Below, piece after piece: positions 61,460-64,000 of a stretch of 64,000 nucleotides of DNA (the first letter of the stretch is position 1; every line of letters starts with the position of its first letter). The position numbers and the translations under genes were made by a program. The notes beneath the pieces are model-generated. The model made no database searches. It had not been told where the DNA came from and saw nothing but the letters and a program-made list of their open reading frames with translations. The DNA is from Candidatus Eiseniibacteriota bacterium. GTDB taxonomy: Bacteria > Eisenbacteria > RBG-16-71-46 > CAZAMP01. Location of the stretch: contig OZ245046.1 in the NCBI GenBank assembly GCA_965224245.1, positions 2,080,001 to 2,144,000 on the forward strand, in the 5' to 3' direction.

Positions 61460-63421
61460 GTGGGCCGCGCCCGGAGGATCCTGGCGCTCTGGGGGACGGG
61501 TACGATCGTGATCGGTTGTGCCGAGAAGTTCGACCTGCCGCCGGTGCCCGAGCCGTTCATCCCGGTACCCGGTGCGTACAACTTCGACCACGAGTGGCGC
61601 GGCATGGGACGCGTCGTGGACATGGCGATGACGGGCGTGCAGCTGTACGTGCTGACCGAGCGCGACGGCAGCCGCACCGTGGAGGGCTACCTGGCCACCG
61701 CGGCCGAGCCGGTCGAGCTCCCGGACTTCCTGATCGGCGACTACGCCGGCGCCCGGCGCCCGGTCGCGATTGCGCAGCAGGGCGATCACCTGTACGTGGC
61801 CGATGCACGCGGCCCCGACGCCTTGACCCTCGAACGCGAGTGCGGCGGCGACGACTGCGCGCTTCGGCTGACCGCGGGCGCCGGCGGCTCGATCCAGCAC
61901 CTGGCCGGCCGCGACCTCGTCGAGCGCGTCCGACAGGACTTCCGGCTCGACATGCGCTTCCGCCTCGACGCGTTCCCCGACGGGTCGCGCGCGTGGATCA
62001 CGCTGGGGACGGCACCCGGGCGGCCGGCGATCTGGCTCGAGGTGGGGCGCGATCGGTTCATCCGGCCCGTGCGCTCGGACGGCGCGTTCCCGGTGGACTC
62101 GCTGGCCTTCGGGCTCGGCGAATGGCACGACATCTCGATTCGTCACGATTGGGCCGGAAGCACGTACGCGGTCACGATGGACGGCACGCGCTTCACGACC
62201 AACGTCCCCGTCTACTATCCGCTGGAGGACGACGCCATCGGCGCGCTGTCGATCCGGCTGACCGGCGACGGTGTCTCGGGCGCCGTGGACGACGTCGTGC
62301 TGTCGATCGACCAGAGGGCGCCGGGCGCGATCACCGATCTGACCGTCGAGCCGGTCAGCGCGGCGGCGGTGCGTCTGCGCTGGACGGCACCCGGCGACGA
62401 CGGCGACACCGGCACCGTGGAGCGATACGAGATCCTGTGGGCTCGCCGCGAGGCGCTGCTCGAGGACGGCACTCCGGTACCGGGGCCCACCCCGCTGCCG
62501 GCGGGGAGCCTCCAGACGTTCGATCTCCTGGGCCTGGGAGGCGCCGATTCGGTCTACGTGTACGTGACCGCATACGACGAGAGCGACAACGCGGGTCCCC
62601 CGTCGAACCTGGCGGTCACCGCCGTGACGTCGCCGCATCGCGTCCCGCGGGCTGCGCGAGCGGGACGGCCGGCCCGCACGCTTCCGGACACGCTCCTCGT
62701 CATCGACTTCGAGGACGTGTCGGAGCTGGACGCGTGGACTCTCGGTCCGTTCTTCACCAACGACCCGGCCCCGGCCGTCCTGCGCTACGATCTCCGCGAG
62801 GGCGGCGACCCGGAGCTCGCGATGACGAACCCCGACTGGTATCACGTGCACGGGATCGCGGTCTCCCCCACGCGCATCGTGTACGTGTCGGTGGAGACGC
62901 GCGACCCGGCCGATCCGTCCGGGGTGCTCCGGCTGGGCGAGATCCAGCGCTTCGACGCCGCGGGGCGCCCGCTCGAGCCCCTGGCCGAGAGCGGGAGCGG
63001 CGCCGGCTTCGTCTCCTCGCCGCGTGGCATCTACTTCGACAGCGAGAACGTGCTCGTGGCCGACGCCGAGCTGAACCGCGTGCAGAAGCTGGACGCGTCC
63101 ACCACCAACGAGGGTCTCGTGCAGATCCCTCCGCTCGACGTCAGCGAGGCCTGGTTCAGCGCGCCCACCGAGGTGGTCAGCGACGAGCGGCTGTTCATCT
63201 ACGTCGCGGACACCGGCTCGGATCGCATCCTCCGCTTCGACCGCGAGGGTGCGTTCGCGGACACCGTGTACGCCCCGATGTACGAGCCGACCATCGGCGC
63301 CGGCGTCCTCGCGCGCCCCAGCGCGATCGAGGCCGACTCCGCCAGCGTGTGGGTGGCCGACCCGGCAAACGAGCGCATCGTCGTCCTGACGCGGGCGGGC
63401 ACGATCTCGGGAGGTGGATGA
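61460..63421 (+). CDS. Lipoprotein with NHL/beta-propeller repeats and an FN3-like domain
   Basis: Lipobox VIGC; LYVAD, VADAELNRVQK, IYVADTGSDRI NHL-like repeats; LRWTAPGDDG..YDE..N..SN FN3-like. Start inferred. Confidence 0.75.
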   Translation: MGRARRILALWGTGTIVIGCAEKFDLPPVPEPFIPVPGAYNFDHEWRGMGRVVDMAMTGVQLYVLTERDGSRTVEGYLATAAEPVELPDFLIGDYAGARRPVAIAQQGDHLYVADARGPDALTLERECGGDDCALRLTAGAGGSIQHLAGRDLVERVRQDFRLDMRFRLDAFPDGSRAWITLGTAPGRPAIWLEVGRDRFIRPVRSDGAFPVDSLAFGLGEWHDISIRHDWAGSTYAVTMDGTRFTTNVPVYYPLEDDAIGALSIRLTGDGVSGAVDDVVLSIDQRAPGAITDLTVEPVSAAAVRLRWTAPGDDGDTGTVERYEILWARREALLEDGTPVPGPTPLPAGSLQTFDLLGLGGADSVYVYVTAYDESDNAGPPSNLAVTAVTSPHRVPRAARAGRPARTLPDTLLVIDFEDVSELDAWTLGPFFTNDPAPAVLRYDLREGGDPELAMTNPDWYHVHGIAVSPTRIVYVSVETRDPADPSGVLRLGEIQRFDAAGRPLEPLAESGSGAGFVSSPRGIYFDSENVLVADAELNRVQKLDASTTNEGLVQIPPLDVSEAWFSAPTEVVSDERLFIYVADTGSDRILRFDREGAFADTVYAPMYEPTIGAGVLARPSAIEADSASVWVADPANERIVVLTRAGTISGGG

Positions 63422-64000
63422 TGCGGCGGTGGTTCGAACGAGGGGTGTGTGCTCTCGGACGCGTGGCGATCGCCGCCGGGATGGGTGCGCTCGTCGCGGG
63501 CCCGCTCACCGAGGCGGCGGCCCAGATCACCGCGTTCGACGAACGCGTCACCACCGCCGGCAACATCGGCCTCACGGTCTCCAACTACGCCAGACAGGGG
63601 AACGACTTCCGCAACCGATCCTCGTCGTTCGAGTTTCCCGCCCGGAGCGGCGAGGAGCACATGACGCGGGGCGGAATCTGGATCGGCGGCATCGTCCTGA
63701 ACGCCGCCGACGCGTCGCTGGACACCCTCGTGACCACGTCGGTCAGCGACGACTACGGCGGTGCCGAGCTGGGCTCGAGCGCCGAGTTCACGCCGGTGCG
63801 CGGCGCGGGCTGGCCTCCGGGCACGTCGATGCTCGAGCGATCCGCCCAGCCCTCGAGCGCGTTCTTCTCGCCGCAGGCCATCGCCGATCAGGAGTTCGTG
63901 GCCATCTGCGTGGACACCGTGCGCGTGGGGACCGGCGTGGATCGACATCGCCCCCTGAACGTCAAGCTGCGCCAGGAGGCACTGGTCTGGGGCTTCAACC
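63418..64000 (+). CDS. Secreted/surface protein, N-terminal part (truncated by window end)
   Basis: ATGA overlap with the upstream gene; signal peptide then AGNIGLTVSNY..GN..SFEFPARSGEEHM..GGIWIG; frame open to the window end. Confidence 0.75.
   Translation, partial: MMRRWFERGVCALGRVAIAAGMGALVAGPLTEAAAQITAFDERVTTAGNIGLTVSNYARQGNDFRNRSSSFEFPARSGEEHMTRGGIWIGGIVLNAADASLDTLVTTSVSDDYGGAELGSSAEFTPVRGAGWPPGTSMLERSAQPSSAFFSPQAIADQEFVAICVDTVRVGTGVDRHRPLNVKLRQEALVWGFN

Overview
A high-GC (roughly 70% by eye), gene-dense chromosomal segment from a diderm, LPS-making bacterium. The GWxTD, PorV-like and 'SWGxIK'-tailed proteins suggest an FCB-associated candidate lineage such as Eisenbacteria, Latescibacterota or Krumholzibacteriota; this is inference. 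Bases 1-33.3 kb are almost entirely minus-strand housekeeping genes: mreBCD-mrdA-rodA-lgt-aroE-comF-rng, rplU-rpmA, kdsB-pyrG-kdsA-kdsD-lpxL-lptC-lptB-rpoN-hpf-hprK, a permease-less PTS with a GH57 gene inside it, metK, ftsK, lolA, bamD, nadD, coaE, and prfB with its programmed +1 frameshift. Bases 34-40 kb hold an unusual operon: degenerate FtsA paralog, GAF-sigma54 activator, purine nucleoside phosphorylase, GWxTD protein and NlpC/P60 peptidase. Bases 42.7-57.4 kb form a large (deoxy)nucleoside scavenging region: BMP-type nucleoside ABC transporter, tdk, udk, dNK, hpt, add, an apparently inactive cytidine deaminase, a variant RpiB, an N-terminally extended DeoC and a secreted LTD/OB-fold protein. 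A lone bacterial-microcompartment vertex gene (EutN/CcmL) sits inside the kinase operon. A TonB-dependent receptor/PorV/lipoprotein locus follows and runs off the window end. The most interesting signal is this possible DNA/nucleoside utilization system with microcompartment links. I saw no rRNA, tRNA, CRISPR array or mobile element. All calls come from motif recognition by eye; no database searches were run.
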